DNA of 64,000 nt from Octopus vulgaris (Eukaryota), in assembly GCA_951406725.2 (NCBI GenBank), contig OX597822.1, forward strand, positions 75,516,001 through 75,580,000, given 5' to 3'. This document shows, piece by piece, positions 38,737 to 54,920 of this stretch. Below the pieces are notes generated by a model that saw only the letters and a program-made list of their open reading frames with translations, made no database searches and had not been told where the DNA came from. The first letter of the stretch is position 1, and every line of letters begins with the position of its first letter. The position numbers and the translations under genes are program-made.

Positions 38737-39000
38737 CTTATCGTCTATCACCTCCTTTCTATCATTTGTCACACCCTTTCAATCGTCTGTCACTTCCTTT
38801 CTATCGTCTGTCACCTCCTTTCAATCGTCTGTCACTTCCTTTCTATCGTCTGTCACCTCCTTTCAATCGTCTGTCACATCCTTTCTATCGTCTGTCACCT
38901 CCTTTCTATCGTATGTCACTTCTTTTCTCTCGCCTGTCACCTCCTGTCTATCCTCTATCCCCTCTTTTCTATCGTCTATCACCTCTTTTCTATCGTCCCT
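38737..39000 (+). repeat. 21-bp minisatellite, about 12 copies
   Basis: Unit CTATCGTCTGTCACCTCCTTT and variants. Confidence 0.9.
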
Positions 39001-39054
39001 AAACCGCTGGTGTCAGCAAAAGAGTAAATCTTTAAGCTGTCTGGAGCATTTTTA

Positions 39055-39510
<456 letters not shown>

Positions 39511-39622
39511 TCATAAATTTCTGTAGTGTTTTTGCCTATGTTAACACCAAAGTTTGTTCAAATTGTCAAAGCTCAACGCCTAACTACTAGTGCAGCAACA
39601 ACTCAAACAGACAACAACAACA

Positions 39623-39669
<47 letters not shown>

Positions 39670-39719
39670 AACTACTGCTGCTGCTACTGCTGCTACTGCT
39701 GCTACTGCTGCTGCTACTG

Positions 39720-39751
<32 letters not shown>

Positions 39752-42039
39752 GCTACTACTGCACTGCTGCTGCTGCTGCCACCGCCACCACCACCACCAC
39801 CACCACCGCCACCACCAACAACAACAATGACAACAATAATAACAACAACAACAGCAACAACAACTACAAAAACAGCAGTGATGATAATAAGGATAAGGAT
39901 AATCCTTTCTAATTTTGGCACAATGCCTGCAAATTTGAGGAAATTGTCTTAGTCGATATCATCGATCTCTGTATTTGGGTGGGGATGAAAAGCGTGTTGG
40001 TCGCGGTGGGATTTGAACTCAGAATGCAAAGTGCATGAACGTGTGCCACAAGATATTTTTGCCATGCATTTGTAATAATGATGGTGAATGAAAATAATGA
40101 TGATGATGACGATGATCATGATGATAGTGATGATGACGATGATCACGATCACTATGATGATGATGATGATGATGATGTTGATGATAAAATAATAATAAAA
40201 TTGTGATGAAAAAGCAGAAAAAGAAGAACAAGATAATGGCGACGGCGACAGCAATAATAACTACGCGGATGACGAATTGTTTGTGATTGTTATCTAAGAA
40301 ATACAGTAGACAACGGAGATTTATAGAAAAGTTACATATTCCTCTCAAACATATAGCTTTCTATATCCGTAACAGATTTTCATTGCTTAGAGTAATTTAC
40401 ATTCGCCCTGCGTAGATAATCACATCCTTCCTTGTTCCAAACAACTCTATAAATTTCGCTAGAAGCAATTTTAACAATGATAATGTCGAAAAATACTTGC
40501 GCACAATGTCGCCTCCTGAGCTATTTGTTATGTTTAAGTATATTCAAAGTAACATACAGTTGTTATTTGTCTTCTGTCTCTTTTCTGCGTATACAACAAC
40601 AGACTGATACTTTCCTTGAATATACAAAAACTTCTCTTTACAATAAACAGCTCAATAAATGGAGATAAATTTAACTGATCAAGTTTGTCAGGAATATCAA
40701 ATAATGTTACTACCCTACGACGAAACCTTATTTCCATAGAGAATTTCAATATACTGAGGTCATTGAAAGTTTTTATGGTGCTATCCTTTTTTTAAGGAGC
40801 CATAAAATAGAATAAAACATGTAATCATATGATTGAGAAGCGAACGTTTTAATCGCTCGTTTCTTCCAGCTTTCATGGACGTTTATTTGCATTAAGCGTC
40901 ACCTCAAACAAACTAACAATTAATTGATTGTGACCCCATCAGGCAATATATATTTTTGATTGACGATGACGTTTATAGGCCCTAAAACCTCCAAATGCAG
41001 ATATGATGCATGCCTAAAAGACAGTTAACATCCCCTTTAAAATTTTCATATAGCCGTAGGTGTAGCTGTGTGGTAAGTAGCTTGCTAACGAACCTCATGA
41101 CTGAAACAAGTAAAAGAGTAAAAGAGTTATCGTTTCATGTACATCGAAAATGGAAATATTCGGGAGCCTTTTTTATATTGCGCATCATTGAACTATCCCC
41201 TTGCTTGTGTATAACTTTTATACACAGAACTTTATACCTTGGCGTCCATGCGTCATAACGCATATACCAATATTTTTTTCAACCACCAGAATAACTTGGG
41301 ACTTATAAAATGAAAGGGAAGCTTTTTACGACTCGGAACGAATGAAACAAGGTATTCGCCTGTGTATCACTGTGAAATACAGGACATCCTACCCTGGCGT
41401 CCATGCATCATATGCACAGTTCCAATTTTCGCTTTTCAATCACCAGAATAACATGGGTCTTATTAAAGGAAAGCTCAGAAAGAATGAAACAAGGGCTTAC
41501 TAGAGGTCCGAACCAAGCATTGACTTTTAGGACAAACTTATGAAAATACTTTGCATAAGCAAAGGGTTAATGTGAGCGGACTAATGCGAGATAGCACGCG
41601 TTTGTGCAGTATTTACCGAAGGGTGCAGCACTGACCTGGTGTTTTTCGTCGGTCTACTTGCTCGATAAAAACCAACCTGATGCTGCACAAAACACCTGAT
41701 GCTTGGGACATTATTTTCTTTCTCACATCAGCAGAAATGCTTCAGTTGCAAGTTTTGGTAGTGGTGGTGGGGGCACAGTGTTCATATCTGTCACTTGTCC
41801 TCTGAAATCGATGAATTCGATTCCGTTAAGATTGATTCAATTCAAAAACTGCAGGAAATGCCTGAATTGGGAGGGAATGAAATTTCAGTGGGCCGATGCC
41901 ATTAGAAAGGTAGACAGGGGCGTAGATTCAGTTCAGGCCATGGAAGAGGGGTCGTTTGTCCCGTGATCATCAACAGAGAAGGGGAAAACACTTTTCAGTC
42001 TGAATATTTTCATCAACAACTGGTCGTTCATCAGATATT

Positions 42040-42465
42040 TTTTTTACTTATTTCAGTCACTGGCCTGCGGCCAAGCTGGAGCAGTGCTTTGATGGCTTCA
42101 GTCGATGAAATTGACCCCAGTGCTTATTTTTAAATCTGGTGCTAATTCTATCAGTCTCATTCGGTGAATTTCTAAGTTGCAGAGACGTAAAGTAACAAAC
42201 ACCTGTTTTCAAGCGTGGCAGAGAAACACATATAAAGTCACATACACGTACCACACATACACAGACACACACGCACGCACGCACACAAACACACATATAC
42301 TCGGCGGGCTTCTTTCTGTTTTCGTCAACTGGTTTCATTCAGAAGGCACTGGTTGAACCGGGGACTATTGTAGAAAGCATTTGCGGAAGGTGCCAAGCAG
42401 TGAGACCGAAATCGAAAGTACATGGCAGTAAAGCGAGCTTCTTAAATGCACAGCAACGCCTGCAC
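42040..42465 (-). mobile_element. SINE B, older diverged copy
   Basis: Same three-part layout with many substitutions. Confidence 0.7.
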
Positions 42466-42474
42466 CAATGTGCG

Positions 42475-43161
42475 AGGGCGGTGAGCTGGAAGAATCGTTA
42501 GCACGCCGGGCGAAATGCTTAGCTGTATTTCGTCCGCCGTTAATGTTCTGAGTTCAAAATCCGCTGAGGTCGACTTTGCCTTTCATCCCTTCGGGGTCGA
42601 TAAATTAAGTACCAGTTGCATATTGGGGTCAATATAATCGACTGGCCTCCTCCCACCAAAAATTTTGGGCCTTGTGCCTAGAGTGAAAAAGAATATTTAA
42701 AGTTCAGCGAGTTGGAAGAATCGTTAGCACGCCGTGCGAAATGCTTAGCGGTATTTCGTCTGCCGTTACGTTCTAAATTCAAATTCCGCCGGGGTCGACT
42801 TTGCCTTTCATCCTTTCGGGATCGATAAATTAACTACCAGTTACGCACTGGGGTCGATGTAATCGACTTAATCCGTTTGTCTGTCCTTGTTTGTCCCCTC
42901 TGTGTTTAGCCCCTTGTGGGTAGTAAAGAAATAGGTATTTCGTCTGCCGTTACGTTCTGAGTTCAAAATCTGCCGAGGTTGACTTTGCCTTTCATCCCTT
43001 CGGGGGTTGATAAATTAAGTACCAGTTGCATACTGGGGGTCGATCTAATCGACTGGCCCTCTCCCCCAAAATTCGGGGGCTTGTGCCTAGAGTACAAAAG
43101 AATATTTAAAGGGCAGCGAGTTTGAAGAATCGTTAGCACGCTAGGCGAAATGTTTAGCGGT
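42475..43161 (+). mobile_element. Tandem SINE A array (monomer, dimer, partial head)
   Basis: Heads at about 42476, 42705 and 43112, the latter two joined after AAAGAATATTTAAAG. Confidence 0.9.
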
Positions 43162-43702
43162 GTAGCCATTATTACACACGAAAATATATCTGGAAAGTAA
43201 ATGGAGAAAATATCCTGAGAAAGACCGCATTTGCCAGAATTAAGGCAGTTCAAGACGTAATAGTAATAATAACGAAAATAATGATAAATGACCTGGAAAA
43301 GAAATGTCGTCTAATCGCTATATCAATTCTTATGTACGAGTATATATATCCAAATAAATGGAGAACCTCTACAAATACGACTACCATTTTTCGTTGTTGG
43401 ACAGCATCGCAGAGTAATTTAATCACATTTCTGCTTTGCCTGATCTGATTACAGAAGCAAGCTCTTAGACCTTAATACTATACTTACCACAACCTCTCCT
43501 CTCATGGATACGCCATGAAGGACAACAGATCATGACATTCGTCGCATCCATGGACCCACATTGGACACCTAGTACTGGTTAAGTATAACTATACATATCT
43601 GCTTTAGGGTTCCCCCCTCATGATCCTTTGTAAAGGTTTACTCCCTTGATTTTTTAAAACACGTATTAAATTACACCATAAGGTATTAGAGGTTTATTTT
43701 TA

Positions 43703-44605
<903 letters not shown>

Positions 44606-45559
44606 TGGACTGGCTAGTGGAAAGTAGGACTGGCTAGAGGAACGCCAGTCCTACTTTCTTGTCCTTTAAACTTATGGTCTGGAGCAACAAGCATCCCAAA
44701 TCCAAAATGGAGGCTCGGCATGGAGTCACTTCCTCTTAGATGACCTACTAAAGAGCTGAAAAACCCTGGGTCCGTTGTGGGGTTTTTGTCTTAATTATGA
44801 CTGTTAATTACTTCCAGAGATAATTCTTTGACATTCAAATTAAGCCATAATCGGGACCCTGACAAGTGCTACTACACCACGTAGTAATTGTAAGCTCGCC
44901 AATACTGGTTAAAATGAGTTTCTGTTGTCAAAACCTTTAACTATGGACCTCATAATTTGTCAGCTTATGTACTGCAGCATCTGTGATTTGGCGTAGGTGC
45001 GGCGTATTAACTCGACATATCGCTTCGTTCCTATTTCATTTCAAAATAAAAACATCAACACAAATGCTTCTATAATACAGAGGCCAGTGCTCACCTTTAA
45101 TAGTTCTTGTGAAGGCTTCACAAAATTTGTTCTACATTCGGTATTGCTTCAGTTTGTAATTATTTTTCTCTTGGATATAATCGTCCGACAGATATGCATT
45201 TTCATGGTTACAGAATTTTGTCAAGTAGATGTCTTTTCAGCTTGTATGTATGTAACCGAAATTTTTCTGTTGCTAGCAACACAAGCAAACGCAAAATTGT
45301 TTTATCATTTCTTTTTTTTTGCTTCTTTAGCTATAAACATTTGTTTTCATATCTGTCTACATAGCGTCAGCTCTTCTTGATGCTGTTGCTGGTGTTGTTT
45401 TTATGGTTGTTGTTGCTGTTGTTGTTTACATTTTTTGTGGTTGTTGTTTTTGTTGTTTTTGCTGTTACTGTCACTGTTATTGTTGTTGTTGCTGCTGTCT
45501 TTTTTTTTACAGATATAAATGTTTATTTCAACGGTAGTGCGTTTCTGCGAGATTAAGTG

Positions 45560-45609
<50 letters not shown>

Positions 45610-45618
45610 TCGCTGCTT

Positions 45619-45697
<79 letters not shown>

Positions 45698-45734
45698 CGT
45701 TATATTCTAGTTAGTGTATATCTGTGTGTGTATT

Positions 45735-46860
45735 CTATTCTTTTATCTTTTATTCTTTTATGGGTTTCAGCCAGAGGCAGAGGCCATGCTGGTGCACCGC
45801 CATTACTACATCCGAGGATTTTTCCAGTATTGCTTTTGGTGAAGTAGCGAGTTGGAAGTTGCCGCTCATTGTGCCTCCAGCTGCGACGTGGGTTCATCCG
45901 GAATTGCAGATAAAAAACTGTCTATACGTTTTTTGAAGACTTCCATGTCTACACCATGCAAATCTCTGATGTTCTATGGTAGAGCATTAAAAAGTTGTTG
46001 TCCCTTGAATCCCAAGCTATTACAATATTGGGTTCGTATCCTCGATGGAGGAGATAGGACCTTTGGTACTGTGCAGTGCAGACCAGTTCGAGAATTGTTG
46101 TAGTTTTCGGTTCCGAGATTTGGAGTTAGATCCTCCATTATTTTCCTTATGCATAGTACTACATACCTCTGGCATTTCCTCTGCAGGGACTAGAGTCCCA
46201 GTTCCTTCAACCTCTCCCAGTAGCCCATGTGTTTTACCGAGTCTATCGTCTTTGTGTAATGGCGTTGGATCGCCTCGTTTTATACTCTGCGGGGGACCAG
46301 ATTTGGGAGCAGTATTCCAGACGACTAAAGACAAAGGTTCTCCAAAGCAGAAGCATTGTGTGTCTGTTCCTGGTCCAGAAGGATCTAAGTATCCAGCCTG
46401 CCACCCGCCTGCATAGTGTTGTCATCTGATCAATGTGCACATGGAAAGTTCCCAGGTCACGCACTGACTCTAACTCTGAGATTACATTGCCTGCTGCTAC
46501 CGTGCAGTTCAGCTATAGTTTGTTTGTGGTCTGATAACAGAGTGCTTGAAATTTTGCGGCATTGAACAGCATATTATTCTCATCTGCCCATTTATATATT
46601 GCGTTCAGGTCATTCTGCACTCTAAGGATGTCAGTAGGATCCTTAATCACCTGAGATACTTTTGTATCATTGGGGTAGCTGGTCAGTGTGGCTGACGCTA
46701 TGGCTGGGGACATGTCCGAGAGGGCAACGACAAACAGTAGTGGTCCCAGCAATGTTCCCTACGGGACTCCGCAGATGATTAGTGTCATTTCACAGAGAAC
46801 ACCATTTGCCGTAACAGATAACAGCCGATCAAGGAATCATGCAGCCACTTTCCCAGTCGA
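45735..46860 (-). mobile_element. Decayed CR1-like LINE (RT domain to 3' tail)
   Basis: GVP*GTLLGPLLF, YPNDTKV (YADD-like), QNDLNAIYKWADENNMLFNAAKF, SRLEYCSQIWSP; tail GGCGGTGCACCAGCATGGCC...GCTGAAAC..TAAAAGAATAAAAGA. Confidence 0.85.
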
Positions 46861-46878
46861 CCAACATACATACATACA

Positions 46879-46914
<36 letters not shown>

Positions 46915-47117
46915 TATCTGTATACATACATATATGTATACATATATATATGTATACATATAAATATGTATACATATATATATATATATATATACATACA
47001 TATATATATATATACACTTATATACCTATATTTTTTACATATATATATATGTATATCTAGTAGTAGTAGTAGTAGTAGTAGTAGTACACTTAATCTCACA
47101 GAAATATTGTGTATATA

Positions 47118-47165
<48 letters not shown>

Positions 47166-47401
47166 GACTGCAGCTTGTCAACGATTAATCAATAGACACA
47201 ATTATTTATTTCTTATAATTTTATGGCTAATTATACATTGCTTCAAAATTTATGGTTCACATTCTCTGCTTTACAATCTTGTTTCGAATTTCTACGTCGT
47301 TTTATATATATATATATGTACGTATGCTTGAATTTATATGTAGAGTTATACGTACTTACTTACATAGATAGACACATAGGCATACATATCTGTGTGTGTG
47401 C

Positions 47402-47444
<43 letters not shown>

Positions 47445-47645
47445 TATATATGTGTGTGTGTACGCGAACATGTGTGTATCTGTTTATAAATACGTTTCTT
47501 AAATGTATGTTACATATGTAAATACGCGCACATACACACACCTATATAAACATATACATATGTATGTTTAAATGTATACGCTTTTGCAGCAATATAGGTT
47601 TGAATGTGATTTTGTACTTGTTCCGTTTCCTTTTCAATGAGGTGT

Positions 47646-47716
<71 letters not shown>

Positions 47717-48241
47717 TAACTTACATGCATGCTTTGCATACACACATATATTCGTATAAGCATATATACACGTACATTTATTAAAATTTATATATATTTC
47801 TATATACAACCACATATTAATACGCACGCACACACACTTATATATATGCACACATTCATGTATATATATATATATATACGTACCTTCATACAGACATCTA
47901 TGTATACATGCGTGAGTACGCTGGATGTGTGTGTTTTATGATGCAATAAAGAATTCTACATCATATTCTTGATCCTCGCTATGAGCCAACAGAGATATTT
48001 TAATCTCCTCGCCAAATTCTCGATGCTGCTTCCTATTGGTTGCTTTCACTTATTGTTCATAATTTTGTTTTAGTTTATTTTTTATATTTTCCTATTTTTA
48101 TTTTTATTTATTTATTTTTTTGTTTTCAATTTTTCTCTTTTTCTTTTTCAATTCCCGGTGTTTGCCATTGTTGTTGCAATGCTCGATGCTTCTACCTATT
48201 TTAAAAGTCACCCTCCCTCTTATCTATCTTCTCCACTTTCC

Positions 48242-48293
<52 letters not shown>

Positions 48294-48370
48294 GTTTCCC
48301 TTCTCTGCCTTCCTCTCTTTTTCTCTTTGTCTTTCTGTCTCTGTCTTTGTCGCATTGTCTTAATGTGTGA

Positions 48371-48462
<92 letters not shown>

Positions 48463-48749
48463 GCATATATATATATATATGTATGTATGTATATATATGT
48501 ATATGTATGTATGTATATATATATATATACATATATATGTATGTATATACATGTAAATATATAGAGAGAGATAGACAGATAGATATAGATATATCCGAAT
48601 ACATATTATATATACATGTGTATATATAATGCATGTATTTATGCATGAATATATATATGTATATATATATACATATATATATATACGGATGTACATATGT
48701 ACATATGTACATATGCACATGTATGAATGTATGTATGTATATATGTATT

Positions 48750-48780
<31 letters not shown>

Positions 48781-48982
48781 GAAGGTCCCAGATATCGTGA
48801 TCATTTGTAGCATATGTTTATACGCCTGTATGGATGTATGTATGCATGTATGTTCGTACGTATATATGTATAATTTTTCCATACTTTTATTTTCTCTGCG
48901 ATTCTCAATTACAATGACATTGTGTAGTTCGCAAATTTTACGGCTCTTGTTTTATATCATTAATTATAAATCAGTTTGCTGT

Positions 48983-49024
<42 letters not shown>

Positions 49025-49174
49025 ACACACACACACGCACACGCACGCATACACACACGCACATAATCTCAGTGATATAGACACCGACATACAGACCCAC
49101 ACACACAATGACACACATATACTCATATAAATAGTGATATATTTATGTACATACATACATAGTCACACACACAC

Positions 49175-49224
<50 letters not shown>

Positions 49225-49902
49225 GTCTTTCTCTAATATATTTGGCGTTTGCTTTTATCTTCTCTCCGAATTTACGTTTTTTCTATCTATACCTGATTTC
49301 ACTTCTCTGTTTGTTTTCTTTGTTTTTTAGCTGTTTGTTTTTATTACTAGTATTATTACGTATTGTTCCCATATACGTACATATATGCATATAATATTTG
49401 TTTGTGCTCGTATTCGTGTATGTATAGCCGTGTATATGTGTTAGTGTGTTTATGTAAGTGTGTAATGGTACGTACTAGTGTTTGAATGATGGCGGCGCTT
49501 ATTAAATTAGAAATTCCATGCCGATATTCACTCAGAGACTACCATTCTTAGTTTGATGGTTTTTTATTCATTCTTCTTTGTAATATAAAAGTGACTTTGT
49601 TATGACATAGTTGTGAGATTTCGGAGAAATCAAACACACGCATGTAATTTCATTCCACTGTATCAGTAAATAAACTGTGGAGGCTAGCACAATCTTTAGT
49701 GCGTCAGACAAAATGCTTAATGGTATTTTCTTCCCATTCATTACATTCGAAGTTCACATTCCGTCGAGGCCTACCTTGCACTGGACTCGATGTAATCTAA
49801 TGAGACAACCAACTCAAATTCCTGGTCTTGTGGCAAAATTATACGGACGTTTATCAGTAAATTCCTTATGGGGAGAGGACCAACATATTTCTATTTTCTT
49901 CC

Positions 49903-50277
49903 CTACGTCCGCCTTAGCAAAGACGGAGGTACTGTTTCCAGTCGTGTTTGTTTGTTTGCTTGATTATCCGTGGACAAAATCTCTCTAGAACCGCTTGATG
50001 GATTCGGATGAAACTTTCCGGGATGTTTGGCCCCGTGACTGGCACGAACTGATTAGATTTTGGAATCGATCCAGTACCGGAGAAGGATTCTGTACTGTTT
50101 TGCTCGTTTTTTTTTTTTACTTAATTTTGAAAGCGGTCGAATTTATTTTTAGTGTTCTCGTTTGTGAGAGCAATCGAGTTTATTTCAGATATTCCCATTT
50201 TAAAAATCATCTCCGGCTAATCGTTGAGAGGACGTTGGTGTCTTTGCGGAGGTTTGCGCTCTCTGAGTGCTCTTGTT
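49903..50277 (+). mobile_element. Non-autonomous Helentron-type (HINE/DINE-like) element
   Basis: 5' TCCGCC...CGGAGG subterminal IR followed by (GTTT)n; 3' TTTGCGGAGGTTTGCGCTCTCTGAGTGC hairpin ending in TT. Confidence 0.65.
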
Positions 50278-50533
50278 CTGATTAACATGAACTTCTGGAA
50301 CAGATCTTCCTCTTTTCACTTTTTAGTTAAAATTTAGTATTTTTAAGAATATATTTTAAAATCTCTTCTCGAAGCGTGGGTGGCATAAGTTACCTCGGGG
50401 CTTCACTGGTTAAGGGACCCAATTATGAATTATGTATGTTCTGTTTTGCTGTCAGGAAATAAATACAATGGTGCCGGGTGCATGTTTTGACATCAGTCAA
50501 ATATCATTGGAAGCACAAATGTCTGCCTCGCGC

Positions 50534-50604
<71 letters not shown>

Positions 50605-51071
50605 TATATAGTTGGAATTTACAAAACAAAAAAAAAAGAGAAAGACAGGTGTACAAGCAACAAACAGGTGCATTAGTTCAACGTTCGGGAAGGTGAGAAA
50701 AAGTCTTTTACTTTTCCAGCCGACCCTTTTCAATAGAGAAAATAAACAGAGCGAGTATCAAAAAAGCTGTAGTGACTAGCAGTCGATCATGGCGGCTTTG
50801 AGGCGTCACGAGTTTAGAGGCTCAAATATAATTTATTAATGTGGTTGACCAATGTTGGTAAATACTATATGACCCACCGCATTGATTTTCTGGGGAGCTT
50901 TAGGGAGCTAGGGACCATTCCTGGTCATTGTATATTCTAGCTAGTTGTCGATGAATAAATACTATAAGGCTCAGCTACACTGATTTAACCGGGGTTAAGG
51001 TTAGAGTGAGGTATATGATGCTGCTAAAACTGCCCTGGACATAACTGATGTGGGGAGCATATATATATATA

Positions 51072-51198
51072 CAGGGTGATTCAAAAGTCGGCATACATAA
51101 GAACAATTTATTTTTTATAGGAAACATTTTTTTTTATTTAACCGTTTCTTATCAAAAAATAAATTTTTCCTATGTATGGTAACTTTTGAATCACCCTG
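51072..51198. mobile_element. Tc1/mariner-type MITE (127 bp)
   Basis: TIRs CAGGGTGATTCAAAAGT and ACTTTTGAATCACCCTG; palindromic interior; TA context. Confidence 0.85.
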
Positions 51199-51221
51199 CA
51201 TATATATACATATGCATATAT

Positions 51222-51358
<137 letters not shown>

Positions 51359-51599
51359 CCGCCATGATCGACCGCTAGCTACTAAAGCTTTTCTTTTTAT
51401 TCTTTCTCTGAACAACTTACTGAGTTTTCTTTCTCCTTCTGGAACCGACCTATACACTCAAGTAAAACACACACACGCACACATACACACTTCACACACA
51501 CATCACACACACATCACACATGCACGCGCACACACACCCCTTTCACTTAAGTAACATATACACACTCACACAGAGTGCCCACTGGCACCCGCCTGTTTA

Positions 51600-52060
51600 G
51601 GAGTCTTGCGACTGACGAATCATAAAGACTCAGAAATACGTATCTACCAAAACCATAGTCAGTGTATCTAGTGAGAGTGGCAGACTTTACGACTGAAGAC
51701 ATGCTTGAAAGAGCTACTACAAACATTGGTGGCTGCAGTACAGTTGCCTGAGGAACTCCGCTGCGGATTGATTTCTCCCCATTGGCTGCAACTGCCTGAC
51801 TTCTGTCCTTTAAAAAGTCGTGTAGCTACTCTTCCAATTTTCCAGTGATACCAAGATCGCGTAGTTTGTTGTGACATATCAGCCTTGATCGACTTTGTCA
51901 AAGATCTTGGTGAAGTCGAGATATATCATATCCGCATTTGAGTGGTTGAGCTGCTCTTTCAGCACCCAATCATGAAGTCGAGTGAGGTAGGTCATCTCTG
52001 TGTGAGGCAGCCCATCCCTGGACGGAAACCATATTGTATCTTTCTGAGCAAGTTATTGTC
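51600..52060 (-). pseudogene. CR1-like RT fragment
   Basis: QYGFRPGMGCLTQ, YLDFTKIFDKVD, KLRDLGITGKL...FLKDRSQAVAANG, SGVPQATVL.P. Confidence 0.75.
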
Positions 52061-52110
<50 letters not shown>

Positions 52111-52124
52111 TCTTTATTTTTCTT

Positions 52125-52435
52125 TTTATTCGTTTCAGTCATTTTGATTGCGGCCATGCTGGAGCACTGCCTTTAGTTGAACAAATCGTCCCCAGGACTT
52201 ATTCCTTGTAAGTCTAGTACTTATTCTATCGGTCGGTTAGGCCGAACGGCTAAGTTACGAGGACATAAATATACCAGTATCGGTTGTCAAGCCGTGTTGT
52301 GTGTGTGTGGTGGGGCAAACACAGACACACAAACATATACATCCATACATATATATATATATGACGGGCTTCTTTCAGTTTCCGTCTTTCAAATCCACTC
52401 ACAAGGCTTTGGTTGGCCCGAGGCTATAGTAGGAG
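52125..52435 (-). mobile_element. SINE B, 5'-truncated
   Basis: Standard body and tail. Confidence 0.8.
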
Positions 52436-53186
52436 ACAGGGTTTCTCGCAATATATAATTTCTAAAGCGCGTGCACGCCCGCACGCCCGCACGCACGCAC
52501 ACGCACACATATATAAATACATGCATATACACACACGCTTCACAAACAGAGGCATATATACACGCATATGCTTACTGGAATAAGTGTGCATCCTTGTGTA
52601 TATGTTTTGCATCCATTAAAATACCCCGTATAATACCAAACATAATCACGCAACAAATACAACGCCAATAGCAGAGTTTAACAGCGAAGCCGCTATAGTT
52701 TGTCAATGTTTATTCGCCTATCAAGCGAAACGAAGAGAGTCGTAGTGATTCAGGAAAAGACTAGTAAAATGTTATGTGTAGTATTCTTGCCAATGTTTTA
52801 CAATGTCTGCTCTAAATTATTGTTTGTTTTCCTTCCTTTTCGCACAGAGATGAATCATTACTGTTACACGTGATATATCATATATTTTATATTACGCACA
52901 AACGTTCCCATAAATATATATACAGATACTTGCGCATGTATATACATCGGAAATGCACATAGACACAATACACAGAGACACACACACACAGACACAGACA
53001 CACACACACACAGAGACACACACACAGACACACACACAGACACACGCACACAGACACAGACACACACACACACAGAGACACACACACAGACACACACACA
53101 GACACACGCACACAGTGAAACTGATCGGAGCGTCAGATAATACCACCTCATTGTACATAATGTATAACTTAATGCATATTCTGTGT

Positions 53187-53272
<86 letters not shown>

Positions 53273-53283
53273 CATATATGCAT

Positions 53284-53348
<65 letters not shown>

Positions 53349-53351
53349 TAC

Positions 53352-53431
<80 letters not shown>

Positions 53432-53478
53432 ACACATCCGTATACATATATATTTGCATATGTATATGCATATATATA

Positions 53479-53527
<49 letters not shown>

Positions 53528-54355
53528 GCCCGTACACATCCATAGACAGTTGCCTATTTCTTCCGTGGCTTCAAATTTCGTGCCAAATATACCTTCTTTA
53601 TAACAAGGAAGAATCGTTGAAAAAATGTTCGGTATTGTTTGTTGTCATGCTGCTATCTTGTTTGCTTCATAATGTTACTATTTTGCTTACAGGTTATCTT
53701 CCATTGGCTGATGTGCTTTTTTTTTTCAATTCTTGCTCTGTTGTAATTTGTTAGGTAGAATTTTCCCTGTGTCGGCATTTCGATATTATCTTAAAGCATC
53801 TGCTGGTTGGATATCAAGTTATATTTCCCCAGCATTACATAACTGCAGTTGCTTTATTTCGTTTATGTCAGCGTACGATGTTCGTTCACTGCCACAACTT
53901 TCTGGATATTCCTGTGTTCTCCATTTCTCCTTCGAGAAAGTTGACTCTTGTTAAAGAAATGGCATTTAACGCCAGCTTTGCATATACTGTTTACTCTATA
54001 ATTCTTTCGTAACCACTTGAAATATTATATTTGCTTTGCAGAGATTATTGTCAATGAATTCGGAATTTGCTTTCTGTTATGCTACCGATTACTTTTGTAC
54101 AGTTATTATTGACTTTTGCATTGTTTATATTAAACAACATAAAGCAAATGACTAATATATGCAGATGTAATTTGCTAGAAAGTGCTTCTTGATTAGGGCT
54201 ACAGAATACTGCATTCAAAACTTCCTCTTTTGTTTAAGTACAAGTTAAATATATATAAAATTTTAATAATCGAACAAACCTGAACACTGCTGTTTTAAAT
54301 ATTATCTCCCACATACAGGTATGCATATGCATGAGTATGTGCATATATATGTATA

Positions 54356-54389
<34 letters not shown>

Positions 54390-54392
54390 CAT

Positions 54393-54467
<75 letters not shown>

Positions 54468-54475
54468 TTGAGTTC

Positions 54476-54539
54476 GTTGCACTGAAGAGCATAGAATGCA
54501 TATTGTGCATTGATTGCGAAATCACAGGTGATATGTAAC
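54476..54539 (+). ncRNA. Type I hammerhead ribozyme, intact core
   Basis: GUUGCA-CUGAAGA-GCAuagAAUGCAuauugUGCAUUgauUGC-GAAA-UCACagGUGA-UA-UGUAAC; predicted cleavage after A54533 (AUA). Confidence 0.85.
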
Positions 54540-54660
54540 TAAATTCTGTTTTTAAATGACTTGCTTTGAAGTTTTGCATTCGGTACAATTTGTTTATTTT
54601 AGTAGTTTTGATTGCAAGAGTCCCTCCTAGCGTGCGGTACCTATGAATAATAGTACCCTC

Positions 54661-54730
<70 letters not shown>

Positions 54731-54848
54731 GGTACTATTATTCATAGGTACCGCACGCTAGGAGGGACTCTTGCAATCAAAACTACTAAAATAAACAAAT
54801 TGTACCGAATGCAAAACTTCAAAGCAAGTAATTTAAAAACAGAATTTA

Positions 54849-54912
54849 GTTACATATCACCTGTGATTTCGCAATCAATGCAGAATATGCATTCTATGCT
54901 CTTCAGTGCAAC
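54849..54912 (-). ncRNA. Type I hammerhead ribozyme, intact core (mirror copy)
   Basis: Reverse complement of 54476-54539 with one change in the stem II loop. Confidence 0.85.
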
Positions 54913-54920
54913 GAACTCAA

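Noticed and set aside
38685-39002. 105-aa ORF with RLSPPFY repeats
   Set aside because: In-frame translation of a 21-bp minisatellite with no start or splice support.
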